A stretch of 64,000 bases of DNA from an uncultured Eubacteriales bacterium (GTDB lineage: Bacteria; Bacillota; Clostridia; Christensenellales; CALVMC01). How positions within the stretch are numbered: the first letter of the stretch is position 1; every line of letters begins with the position of its first letter. The notes beneath the pieces were generated by a model. The model saw only the letters and a list, made by a program, of their open reading frames with translations. It did no database searches and was not told the DNA's origin. This document shows positions 47,983 through 57,271 of this stretch, piece after piece. The translations under genes were made by a program, and so were the position numbers. Where the stretch lies: positions 7,574-71,573 of the forward strand of contig CASFOZ010000002.1 in the NCBI GenBank assembly GCA_949296455.1, read 5' to 3'.

Positions 47983-50781
47983 ATGAATACCGAATTAAGA
48001 AAAAAGTGCACCGTAATACTATTGGTTTGTATCAGTATAATAATTTTTGCATTTTCATTGTTCTGTTTAGGTTTTAAACAAACGAATAATGCTTATGCCG
48101 AAAACGGAGTTACCGTATACGAGACCACATCCCCCGCATCAGAACTTAATGTCGATACTGCTTCTATCAGTAATGTTTCGACAGAAAACGAGTTTGACGA
48201 ATTCGTATATTTCACAGAACCGGTATTTGTTGACACAGACGGAACATACAGAGTGGTTTTCGATAAAACCAATAATTACAGCGGATATTTATATATATCT
48301 TATGAAACTCAAATCGGTACCAGGGCAAGGTTAAAATACAATCTCAACATACCGTCAACAGATATAAGTTCAAATAGCCTTGAAGATATCGATATCTACG
48401 ATATAAAAATATCGGAAAGTCTCGGAGCGATTTTCGTAACTTATACATCGGGTAATTATTCGTATATAGAAGCATATTCGCTGAGTGATATGCAAAATAA
48501 CATGCAAAAAGTTGCAATGTTTCGTTCCGATATAAATGTATATATTTACGGAATAGATTTTATCGGCGATACCATTTACTGTTACGGAAGAGGCCTCATT
48601 CTGTCTGTAAAATTCGATAAAAATAATTTTACTTTCGGTGCAAGCAATTATTATATATCGGATATAAAAAACACAGGAAGCGATATTGTAATAGGAAATA
48701 TCGCATCGATACTTTACGGGAATACCGTAAAACTGTTTATCGTTTATAACGGAAATGTATACGAAAGCACTAACAACACACTTTCTTCCAATCCGATAGA
48801 AAATTTAGGCAATAATGTAAAAAATATTTCAATATCCAAAGATTATTTTTTAACTTATACGACAAACGAAATAAACATTTACAATTATTCTTTTGTAAAT
48901 TCTTCAATCAAACTTACAAGTCCTACCGAACCGGATGTATATTCCCTTTCGATTTCAACCGACGAAAATTACGATGAATTCAATCTTAAATCGATTTTGT
49001 CCTTTTCGATAGACTATGAAACCAATCTGATATATGTAGCCGACAGCGCATACAATGCCGTGAAAGTATATACTCCGACCAACCTTTCTTATCTCGGAAT
49101 GCTGGGCTCTTACGGTACTGCCGAATACCGTTTCCGCAATCCGACTTCCGTAACGGTATCTAAAAATTATATATTTGTTTCCGATAACGAAAACGGAAGA
49201 ATACAAAGAATTTCGAGAACCGATTACAAAAACATATCGAGTATATCTTCGTCCCCCAATAAACCACTTCTCGTTGCCGCAAACAAATACGATCAGCTCT
49301 ATGTTTACGACTCGTCGAAAACATTGACAAAGTACGGTTACGATTTGCAGAAAATAAACGGCGGAACGGTTAATTTAAGCGACTATGAAGTAACTCAGAT
49401 TGCCGTAGGTCCCGATAACGCCTTGTATTTTTACGACAGCGTAAGCCAAAAAATTTACAGAATAAAGGACAACTACACAACGGTGGAAGAGTTTTGCACC
49501 CTTCCCGCAGCCATAAGCAAAATGTCTTTTGCCCTTTCCGGCAGTACACTTTATGCAGCAAACGCAAAAACCATATACCCTATCGACAACAACGGAAATA
49601 TTATATCGGAAAGAACTATTAATATTCAGAATTACTCTTTCGTCAAACTTACCGGACTTGCCGTCGATTATGAAGGAAATATTCTAATAAGCGGCGAAAA
49701 GAACGGTTCCGTAATTAATATGTACAAGATTTCAAGAGAAGGTAAAAATAACTATTCCACAGCTAAAAAATACTCGTTTAAATCAAATTACTTTACCCTT
49801 AACTATATAAACGGACTTGTTTGCGATACTTCTGCAAATCTATGTTATCTTGTATCGGGCGCATCGACGGAACTTAACTCTGCAAACAGCGTACTTCTAA
49901 TTAACGGTCTTATATCGACAAGCAATAAAACATACAACGATTTTCCCGAAACATTCGACAATATAACTGCGGCAAAGGTAATAACCGAAACCGAATTTAT
50001 GGCGCATCTTTCTAATTTCGAAGATGTCAAAACGATAAACGAAGGTACTTATATTGTAGTACTTGCAAATAAAGTTTACGGTTCTACCGAATACTGTTAT
50101 GTTTGCAGTTTTGACGAGAACGGCAATAATTTCGGATTTATAGAAAAATCCCATCTCGAATACAAACAAGGCTCAGCCGTTACCGATTCTTATAAAACCG
50201 TAATCCCTCTTACCGGAGATACGATAACAATATTCAAAACGCCGATAGAAACGCAGAATATAGGAACATTCGATAATATACTTTATTCCGATATAGATAT
50301 TTCGATAGAAGTTTTAGACGATGTATGCAACGAGGAAGGCACACAAATAGTTTTAGGCGGGGCAAAGTGGTATAAAGTAACCTATAACGGAAAGACGGGA
50401 TATGTAACTAAATACAGCATACTTCCCTTTGTACAAGAAGACGCAGTACCAATAAAAAGTTTCGCAAAAGTCAAAGCGGACGCAATAGGACTGACGGTAA
50501 CGCTTTATGCTCAACCCGACGAATATTCCGCAATACTCAATTTCCTTACAGACGGTAAAAAGGTTCAGCTTTGCGAACAGTTCGATAAAAACTCGAAATT
50601 TACGAAAGTCATAGCAGACGGAACAGTAGGATATGTTTTAACCGATAATCTTATTCTCGACGGACTTACCACCGGTCAGATAGTTGCGATAATAGTAACC
50701 GTGGTAGTAGCCGTAATTGCAATTATAATATTGGTTATAACACTCGTGATAAAAAAGAAGAGAAAAGATAATTTTCTATAA
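47983..50781 (+). CDS. large cell-surface protein: N-terminal signal/TM, NHL-repeat beta-propeller region, two SH3b-like domains, C-terminal TM anchor
   Basis: NHL-like repeats (LIYVADSAYNAVKVY..., FRNPTSVTVSKNYIFVSDNENGRIQRI). SH3b-like segments (GAKWYKVTYNGKTGYVTKYSI; FTKVIADGTVGYVLTDNL). The C-terminal hydrophobic helix is followed by KKKRK. Confidence 0.65.
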   Translation: MNTELRKKCTVILLVCISIIIFAFSLFCLGFKQTNNAYAENGVTVYETTSPASELNVDTASISNVSTENEFDEFVYFTEPVFVDTDGTYRVVFDKTNNYSGYLYISYETQIGTRARLKYNLNIPSTDISSNSLEDIDIYDIKISESLGAIFVTYTSGNYSYIEAYSLSDMQNNMQKVAMFRSDINVYIYGIDFIGDTIYCYGRGLILSVKFDKNNFTFGASNYYISDIKNTGSDIVIGNIASILYGNTVKLFIVYNGNVYESTNNTLSSNPIENLGNNVKNISISKDYFLTYTTNEINIYNYSFVNSSIKLTSPTEPDVYSLSISTDENYDEFNLKSILSFSIDYETNLIYVADSAYNAVKVYTPTNLSYLGMLGSYGTAEYRFRNPTSVTVSKNYIFVSDNENGRIQRISRTDYKNISSISSSPNKPLLVAANKYDQLYVYDSSKTLTKYGYDLQKINGGTVNLSDYEVTQIAVGPDNALYFYDSVSQKIYRIKDNYTTVEEFCTLPAAISKMSFALSGSTLYAANAKTIYPIDNNGNIISERTINIQNYSFVKLTGLAVDYEGNILISGEKNGSVINMYKISREGKNNYSTAKKYSFKSNYFTLNYINGLVCDTSANLCYLVSGASTELNSANSVLLINGLISTSNKTYNDFPETFDNITAAKVITETEFMAHLSNFEDVKTINEGTYIVVLANKVYGSTEYCYVCSFDENGNNFGFIEKSHLEYKQGSAVTDSYKTVIPLTGDTITIFKTPIETQNIGTFDNILYSDIDISIEVLDDVCNEEGTQIVLGGAKWYKVTYNGKTGYVTKYSILPFVQEDAVPIKSFAKVKADAIGLTVTLYAQPDEYSAILNFLTDGKKVQLCEQFDKNSKFTKVIADGTVGYVLTDNLILDGLTTGQIVAIIVTVVVAVIAIIILVITLVIKKKRKDNFL

Positions 50782-50800
50782 TACAAAAATAAAGTAAAAT

Positions 50801-50830
50801 AAAAGGACGCATAAGCGTCCTTATTTATTT
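50801..50830 (+). terminator. rho-independent terminator after the surface-protein gene
   Basis: aaggacgc-ataa-gcgtcctt followed by a T-rich tail. Confidence 0.7.
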
Positions 50831-50875
50831 CAGCGGATATAAAACATTGAATAACTTATCCTTTCAAAATCCATT

Positions 50876-51751
50876 TTAAAATAATTTTCCTTTAATTGAA
50901 TTGAGATATTTTTTAAAGGGTGCGCTTAATTTTTCGTCACGCAAAGCATACTCTACCGTTGCTTCGAGGTACCCTTCCTTATCTCCCGTATCGTATCTTC
51001 TTCCTTCGAAAGTGTAAGCAAAGACGCCGCTTTCTTTTGCCATAATTGCTATACTGTCGGTAAGATAAGTCTCTCCGTTAAGTCCCGGCGGGGTTCTTTT
51101 TATTATATCGAAAATATCGGGAGTAAAAATATATCTGCCCATACAAGCAAGGTCGGACGGCGCATCTTCCACTTTCGGTTTTTCTACAAGGGATAAAAGC
51201 TCGGTGTAATTTCCTTTAACGAGTCCGGGATTTACTATACCGTATTTATAAGTCTGTTCTCTGTCGACTTTCTGAACACCGACAATTGTTTTACCTGTAG
51301 TTTCATAAGCTTTTTTAAGCTGCCCGATACTCGGTTCTTCGGAATAAACGAGGTCGTCTCCGTAAAGCACTGCAAAAGGCTCGTCCCCCACAAAAGCTTC
51401 CGCTTCGAGTACGGCAGGTCCCGAACCGTTCATTTCCTTTTGTCTTATGAAATAAATTTTTGCAAGATTTGCAAGTCTTATAACTTCTTTGAGTTCTTTT
51501 TCCTTATTTCCCTTTTTTAGAAGCTGTTCGAGTTCGACCGCTCTGTCGAAATGGTCTTCGATACATTTTTTGTTTTTTCCGATAATAAGCAGTATTTCAT
51601 CTATACCTGCTTTTACGCATTCTTCGATAATATATTGCAGACAAGGAGTATCCACTATCGGAAGCATTTCCTTCGGAACAGCCTTTGTAAAAGGTAAAAA
51701 TCTCGTACCGAAACCGGCAACGGGTATAACAGCTTTTTTAACTTTTTTCAT
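50876..51751 (-). CDS. galU: UTP--glucose-1-phosphate uridylyltransferase
   Basis: KAVIPVAGFGTRFLP.TKA.PKEMLP and VEKP. The ATG at 51751 has a GGAGG RBS, and the ORF-track N-terminal extension is probably not translated. Confidence 0.9.
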   Translation of the reverse strand: MKKVKKAVIPVAGFGTRFLPFTKAVPKEMLPIVDTPCLQYIIEECVKAGIDEILLIIGKNKKCIEDHFDRAVELEQLLKKGNKEKELKEVIRLANLAKIYFIRQKEMNGSGPAVLEAEAFVGDEPFAVLYGDDLVYSEEPSIGQLKKAYETTGKTIVGVQKVDREQTYKYGIVNPGLVKGNYTELLSLVEKPKVEDAPSDLACMGRYIFTPDIFDIIKRTPPGLNGETYLTDSIAIMAKESGVFAYTFEGRRYDTGDKEGYLEATVEYALRDEKLSAPFKKYLNSIKGKLF

Positions 51752-51856
51752 AATAACCTCCGTCAATAAAATTATATCAAACCTATCGATTAATAACAAG
51801 TCCAAAAATTAAATTTCTGAGTATATTTTATTTTAAAATTGTGATAAAATAAAAAT

Positions 51857-53098
51857 ATGGCATCAGAAGACAGAATAATACTTCACAGCGATGTAAATAA
51901 CTTTTACGCATCGGTTGAAATGCGGCTCAATCCCGCCCTTCAAGGAAAGTCTGTAGCCGTCTGCGGAAAGACGGAAGACAGACACGGAATAGTACTTGCA
52001 AAAAGCAATTCTGCAAAGGAAAAAGGAGTCAAAACCGGCGATACGATATGGCAGGCAAAAATAAAATGTCCCGATTTAATAGTCGTTCCCCCTCATTACA
52101 GTCATTATACTAAATTTTCCAATATAATATTCAATATCTACACACATTACACCGATTTGGTAGAGCCTTTCGGACTTGACGAATGCTGGCTCGATGTAAC
52201 TGCAAGTTCATCGCTTTTCGGGAGCGGAGAAGAGATTGCAAATAAAATAAGCAGCGAAATAAAGGAAAAAACAGGATTATCCGTATCCATCGGAGTATCG
52301 TTTAACAAGATTTTCGCAAAACTCGGAAGCGATATGAAAAAACCTGCCGGAATAACCGTAATAACAAAAGAAAATTATAAACAGAAAGTATGGTCTCTCC
52401 CCGTAAAAGATTTGCTTATGATAGGAAAATCCACTGAAAAGAAATTGTCTTTACTTAATATAAAGACAATAGGAGACCTTGCAAACACAGATATAAATTT
52501 ATTAAAAGAACAATTCGGAATAAACGGTGAAAAAATGAAAATTTTCGCTAGCGGAGAAGACTGCGAAAAGGTAAAAAACTGTTTTAACCGCCATATCCCG
52601 GAAAGCGTCGGACACGGAACCACCCCGCCCAAAGATATAGTAGACTATAACGAAGCAAAAACGGTAATTTACGCATTATGCGAAATGATTTCGACAAGAC
52701 TTCGCAAATACGGATTAGACGCAAACGGAGTTTCCCTTTCCATAAAGTATCCCGACCTTACAAAACTTTCAAGGCAGACGAGTTTAGACTTTCCCACTTC
52801 GAATACAACCGATATAGCAAAAGCAGCTTTATCAATACTAAACAAATATCACGACTTTTCCGTTTCCGCACTAAGAGCGGTAACCGTTTCCACATTCAAA
52901 CTGATATCGAAAAAAGAAAACAGACAGCTTAGCATATTTACGCAAAACTCGAACAGAGAAGACGAACTTGAAAACTGTGTTGACGATATAAGAAGCAAAT
53001 ACGGATTCAATAAAATAATACGAGGCAATCAAATGCTGTCGCCGAAACTTACATCGAGACTTTTGGAAGACGAAGATTTCATACCCTTTTCAAAATAA
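51857..53098 (+). CDS. dinB: Y-family DNA polymerase IV
   Basis: ILH.D.N.FYASVE, LDE.(W)LDVT and SIG.S.NK.FAK. Confidence 0.9.
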   Translation: MASEDRIILHSDVNNFYASVEMRLNPALQGKSVAVCGKTEDRHGIVLAKSNSAKEKGVKTGDTIWQAKIKCPDLIVVPPHYSHYTKFSNIIFNIYTHYTDLVEPFGLDECWLDVTASSSLFGSGEEIANKISSEIKEKTGLSVSIGVSFNKIFAKLGSDMKKPAGITVITKENYKQKVWSLPVKDLLMIGKSTEKKLSLLNIKTIGDLANTDINLLKEQFGINGEKMKIFASGEDCEKVKNCFNRHIPESVGHGTTPPKDIVDYNEAKTVIYALCEMISTRLRKYGLDANGVSLSIKYPDLTKLSRQTSLDFPTSNTTDIAKAALSILNKYHDFSVSALRAVTVSTFKLISKKENRQLSIFTQNSNREDELENCVDDIRSKYGFNKIIRGNQMLSPKLTSRLLEDEDFIPFSK

Positions 53099-53386
53099 CC
53101 GATTCAAAAATTATTCTTTATTATTATAATGAAATTTTTATAGCAAAATCGATATGGAAAAACAGAATATGGAAGATTTAACCGTTTTAATAAAATAATT
53201 AAATTGCTATAGCCTTCCCTTAATTTAACCGACCGAATAAAATTTTATATTGTATTTTTTTAATTATTTAAATATATCGATAAAACTTAAAACCTTTACT
53301 TTATTGCTTATTGACTGCTGAATGATTCCGTCGGATATTATTTATTCATAAAAATACCGTTAAGAAAAAAGGGCAACGGATTTATC

Positions 53387-53944
53387 TTATTTTTTTTCTT
53401 TAAGGGATTTTTCTTCTTCGATATTGAATTTATTTTTGAATCCCCCGAACTTTTCAGGTAATTTTTTAAGAAGATAAAAACAAATGAACCCGGTAAACAC
53501 ACCCGTCAACATACCTAAAGAAATAAGATAAGGAAGATAAAGAAGAGGAACGGCGCTTTGCATAACTATACACGCAACAAAAATCTGAACAGAATTGTGA
53601 ACCCCCGCCGAAGCTGCGGAAACTGCAGGAAAACTGAACAGTCTTGACTTTAAAAGTATAAAACTGATTAAAAGACTTAAAATACCTGCAGGTAACGAAT
53701 AGATTAAAGAAGATAAATTCCCCGTAAAAAGCGATAAAACGAAACATTTTAAAATAACAATAATAAAGGACGGAAAGAGTCCTGCAATAACAATCGAACA
53801 AGTTATAATTACATTGGAAAGACCGAGTTTTAAAGTCGGAAATAGAGGAATAATCGGCGGAAAATAATTTTCTATAATTCCCAAAATAAGAACAAGGGTA
53901 AGAAGAGCGGAAATTTTGGAAATTTTTTGAGTATTTAATTTCAT
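53387..53944 (-). CDS. Gx transporter family membrane protein (Hpre_diP_synt_I-like)
   Basis: Five to six TM helices with an N-terminal ...LE...P pattern. It has the usual pairing with a NusG_II protein, and a 4-nt overlap with the upstream gene. Confidence 0.7.
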   Translation of the reverse strand: MKLNTQKISKISALLTLVLILGIIENYFPPIIPLFPTLKLGLSNVIITCSIVIAGLFPSFIIVILKCFVLSLFTGNLSSLIYSLPAGILSLLISFILLKSRLFSFPAVSAASAGVHNSVQIFVACIVMQSAVPLLYLPYLISLGMLTGVFTGFICFYLLKKLPEKFGGFKNKFNIEEEKSLKEKK

Positions 53945-54327
53945 AATCCGCCCCCTATAACGGCGTCGTAATCGCTGTCACCCGAAATATATACGATAAG
54001 TTTATTGGGAAGACAGCTTATACTTCTTCCGACTTTTGAAATGGGCGGAGTGTCCATACAAATTCCGTTCGGACAATCGGCATATGAAATATAAACTTCC
54101 CCGTTTTCTATAACCACGGTATTGTGTTCTAACTCTATGACTCTGTCTGTTGAAAGTTCAAAGGAATACAAATGTTTACCGTCGAGATAAATTTCGACCG
54201 TGTTGCCCTTTTCGCCCGTAAAAACGAAAACTACCGAAATTATGACAAAAACGGTAAAAACGATATAAATGACAATATCCCATACCGAAAAAGGTTTCTT
54301 GCAAAAATTTTTTTCTTTTTTTGTCAT
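53941..54327 (-). CDS. NusG domain II-containing protein (DUF1312)
   Basis: N-terminal TM, then a beta domain with CP...C (ADCPNGIC) and CLPN(K/R) motifs. Confidence 0.7.
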   Translation of the reverse strand: MTKKEKNFCKKPFSVWDIVIYIVFTVFVIISVVFVFTGEKGNTVEIYLDGKHLYSFELSTDRVIELEHNTVVIENGEVYISYADCPNGICMDTPPISKVGRSISCLPNKLIVYISGDSDYDAVIGGGL

Positions 54328-54338
54328 ACGGCAAACCT

Positions 54339-55409
54339 TTAAATTCTTATATAATCGTCAATTTCCGGATAAAAACCGATATTCCCTACTGTTGAATATT
54401 TGTTATCCTGTGTAACGATAATACCTGTAAGCCCGTATTCGAGCATTAATTCTCTGCCCTTATCCAAACCGAGAACAATAACAGCCGTTGAAATCATATC
54501 GCAAAGGACGCCGCTTTCTCCTATAACCGTAACTCCGGTAATTCCGCTTGTCGAAGGTTTTCCGTTTGTTGCCAAAATATGGTGGTAAATATTGCCTGCG
54601 GAATCCTTGTAAAATCTTTCGTAGGTACCTGAAGTGGATATACACATATTTTCGGGGAGCAAAAGAGAACCTAATACCCGTTCTTTGTTGTTGGGGTCGA
54701 TAATCCCTATATTATAGCTTTTTTTATATCCTAAAATACTGCTTCCGCCGAAAGAGTACAGAGAATAACTTAAACCGTAATCATCGGCATTCTGTCTTGC
54801 GATATCGAGATTATAGCCTTTTACCATAGCGCCTAAATCGAGTTTACTCTCGGAATATTTTTTTGTCACCGTAAGATTTTCGTTGTCAAGAATAAAGGTA
54901 TCTGCGTCGAACTTACAATATTGAAGCATAGAATCGATATCGCTGTCGGAAGGCGGTTCCTTTACGGCATAATTGAAAGTAGACGGACTGAATTTCCAAA
55001 GTTCGACAAGAGGATAAATAGCAATATTGAAAGCGCCTTCTGTTTTTACATACATTTCTCTTGCAAGAAGAAGCAGTCCCATAGTTTCCGCACTTATTTT
55101 GACCTGTTCCCCTTTTAGAGCGTTATTTATGTTAAAAATATCGCTGTTTTCCTTTTCGGTAGAAAACAGATTTTCCTTTTCCTCGATAAGCGAAATAAGA
55201 TTGGAATTGCAAAGTTTTGAATGAACGCCCTTTGTAACAAATGAATATTCGCTGCCCATAACCACACCGTTTTTCTCGTCCGTATATAAAGCAAGAATAA
55301 TCACCGCAATAAGAAGGGCTGCAAAAAGAAGAGCAAGAACCGCTCTTAGGAGTATTTTATAATTAAATTTTTTCTTTTGAACCGACTCTTCTTTTTGTGT
55401 ATTTTCCAT
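54339..55409 (-). CDS. apbE: FAD:protein FMN transferase (ApbE family), membrane anchored
   Basis: N-terminal TM, then ApbE-like motifs (DLGAMVKGY, TSG.YER, HHIL...G.P). Confidence 0.8.
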   Translation of the reverse strand: MENTQKEESVQKKKFNYKILLRAVLALLFAALLIAVIILALYTDEKNGVVMGSEYSFVTKGVHSKLCNSNLISLIEEKENLFSTEKENSDIFNINNALKGEQVKISAETMGLLLLAREMYVKTEGAFNIAIYPLVELWKFSPSTFNYAVKEPPSDSDIDSMLQYCKFDADTFILDNENLTVTKKYSESKLDLGAMVKGYNLDIARQNADDYGLSYSLYSFGGSSILGYKKSYNIGIIDPNNKERVLGSLLLPENMCISTSGTYERFYKDSAGNIYHHILATNGKPSTSGITGVTVIGESGVLCDMISTAVIVLGLDKGRELMLEYGLTGIIVTQDNKYSTVGNIGFYPEIDDYIRI

Positions 55410-55410
55410 A

Positions 55411-57255
55411 TTACTTATTATCTAATTTTGCTACCTTAAAAGAAAAACTGTTATCCGAAGGTTCACGGTCGTTAAGAACATCTCTTAAAAGTACCGGGAA
55501 AACTCCTTGGTCTAAAAGGTCGCCTACCATAATCGAATTGTTTTCGTAATTTATAAAACCGAGTATTTTAATACCTAAAATTTCCGTATCCGCAAAGCCT
55601 GAGAGCAAAGGTCTCAGAACGCTGAGTCCGCCCGACGGAGTTATATAAACATCTTTGAGCTGAGGAATCAACGCAATAACTTCATTTATAATGTTGCTTT
55701 GAACTAATTCAAGTTCTCCGTTCTTGAATAATTTTTCCATAGTCGTAGAGAAGTCTATATCGGGAACGAAATCATATAAAGCGTTTAACTTTGAAAAAAC
55801 CTGATGTTCTTGCAGTTTATAAACGAAAGCGTAAATGCAATATTTTAAAACTTCGGATTTTTTAGAGCCTACTTCTATATTTTCGTCCCCAGCAAAAGTT
55901 CCCGCAAGTATATCGCAAGCAAAATCCATAACGGTATCGTATTTTATGTCCGGCAGATTTATCCCGTAACTTTTGCAAAGACTTTCAAGCGAATTGCTTT
56001 CATCGTATAAAGGCATATTCATAAAGTCCACCAAAGCTGTTTTCAATATTGAAATAACCTGTTCGAATTTTGCCTTATCGTTAAAAGTCTCGTTAATGCC
56101 TATACTGCTTAAAGCGGAAGATAACATTCCCCTGTAATTATAACCGTTTTCCAAAATGGTAAGAAGCATATTTTCGATATCGGTTTTCACATAGGCCTTG
56201 GCATATTTTTGTATATTGTTGAACGAATTTAAAATTTCCTTATTCAAATCTTCTTTTGCGTAAGACTTATTAAGGCTTTTAACATTAGTGGTTTTAATGC
56301 TGACGCTTGAAGGATAAAGCTTAACTTCCCTTATCGGAATAGGATAAGAAACTAACGAACCTGTTTGAATCTCGTACAGAGTTTTACCGTCCTCTCTTTC
56401 ATAACTCGAAATATTCTGTTGGTGAAGATGTCCCACAAAAAAATATTCGAAGCCCCAATCCAAAAAGTCGTCGGCAATCACGGCGCTGTTTTCGACTTTG
56501 AAAGCCGAACTGTCGATAGGCAACATATGGTCAAGAAGTGGTATATGAGTCATACCGATAATTTTTTTATTGTCGGCTTCGGCTTTTTCGCACTGTTCTT
56601 TAATCCACAAAAGAGTACCTTCGGAAAAAGCACCTATAGAAGCGTATTCTTTTCCGTTTGAAGAAGTATATGTAGAAGGGTCAAGTGCGATAAGTCTGTA
56701 ATTTTCACCGATATCCGCAGAATAGGAAAGATTTTCGCTGCAACGGGAAATTGCTTCTGCGTAACCGAAATCGTTATAAATTTCCGCAAATCTTGCAGAA
56801 CTTACATTTTGAATGGAAGTGGGCGTGTCACCTTTATAAGAATAGGAACTTATATCGACATCGTGGTTTCCGTTGATAACGAATACCTTTTTACCCGAAT
56901 CTTCTATTCGTTTCAGATTCTTAGCAACGCTAAGGTGTGAAATTTCCGAACCGTCTTCCGTAAGGTCGCCCGAAACGAGCACGACATCGACATTCATATC
57001 TATAATGTTATCGGTTACTGAACGGAAAATCGCAGGAGATATATCGAGCATTTTCTGAGCGGTATTGTTGTAATCGATAAAAGCTTTACTGTTTAAATCG
57101 TATTGTTCGTCGTCTAAATAATGGATATCCGACACGACGGCTATTTTAAGTTCCGGTCTTGCGACGATTACGACAGTTACTATAACCGCAGTTGCGACAA
57201 AAACTAAAATTATTAGTCCTATAAGCAAATAATTATAAAGTTTTTTTCTTTCCAT
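55411..57255 (-). CDS. membrane-anchored metallophosphoesterase with a long uncharacterised C-terminal domain
   Basis: N-terminal TM, then a complete calcineurin-like motif set: SDIHY, SGDLTEDG, GNHD, THIPL and GHLH. About 300 aa of helical C-terminal region has no recognisable motif. The start MERKK has an AAGGGGA RBS. Confidence 0.8.
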   Translation of the reverse strand: MERKKLYNYLLIGLIILVFVATAVIVTVVIVARPELKIAVVSDIHYLDDEQYDLNSKAFIDYNNTAQKMLDISPAIFRSVTDNIIDMNVDVVLVSGDLTEDGSEISHLSVAKNLKRIEDSGKKVFVINGNHDVDISSYSYKGDTPTSIQNVSSARFAEIYNDFGYAEAISRCSENLSYSADIGENYRLIALDPSTYTSSNGKEYASIGAFSEGTLLWIKEQCEKAEADNKKIIGMTHIPLLDHMLPIDSSAFKVENSAVIADDFLDWGFEYFFVGHLHQQNISSYEREDGKTLYEIQTGSLVSYPIPIREVKLYPSSVSIKTTNVKSLNKSYAKEDLNKEILNSFNNIQKYAKAYVKTDIENMLLTILENGYNYRGMLSSALSSIGINETFNDKAKFEQVISILKTALVDFMNMPLYDESNSLESLCKSYGINLPDIKYDTVMDFACDILAGTFAGDENIEVGSKKSEVLKYCIYAFVYKLQEHQVFSKLNALYDFVPDIDFSTTMEKLFKNGELELVQSNIINEVIALIPQLKDVYITPSGGLSVLRPLLSGFADTEILGIKILGFINYENNSIMVGDLLDQGVFPVLLRDVLNDREPSDNSFSFKVAKLDNK

Positions 57256-57271
57256 AATTTTCCCCTTAAAA

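Noticed and set aside
53941-54327. NusG_II C-terminal DAVIGGGL as an ApbE flavinylation site
   Set aside because: It resembles the D-[AG]-[IV]-[ST]-G-A-[ST] motif, but it has no Ser or Thr at the acceptor positions.
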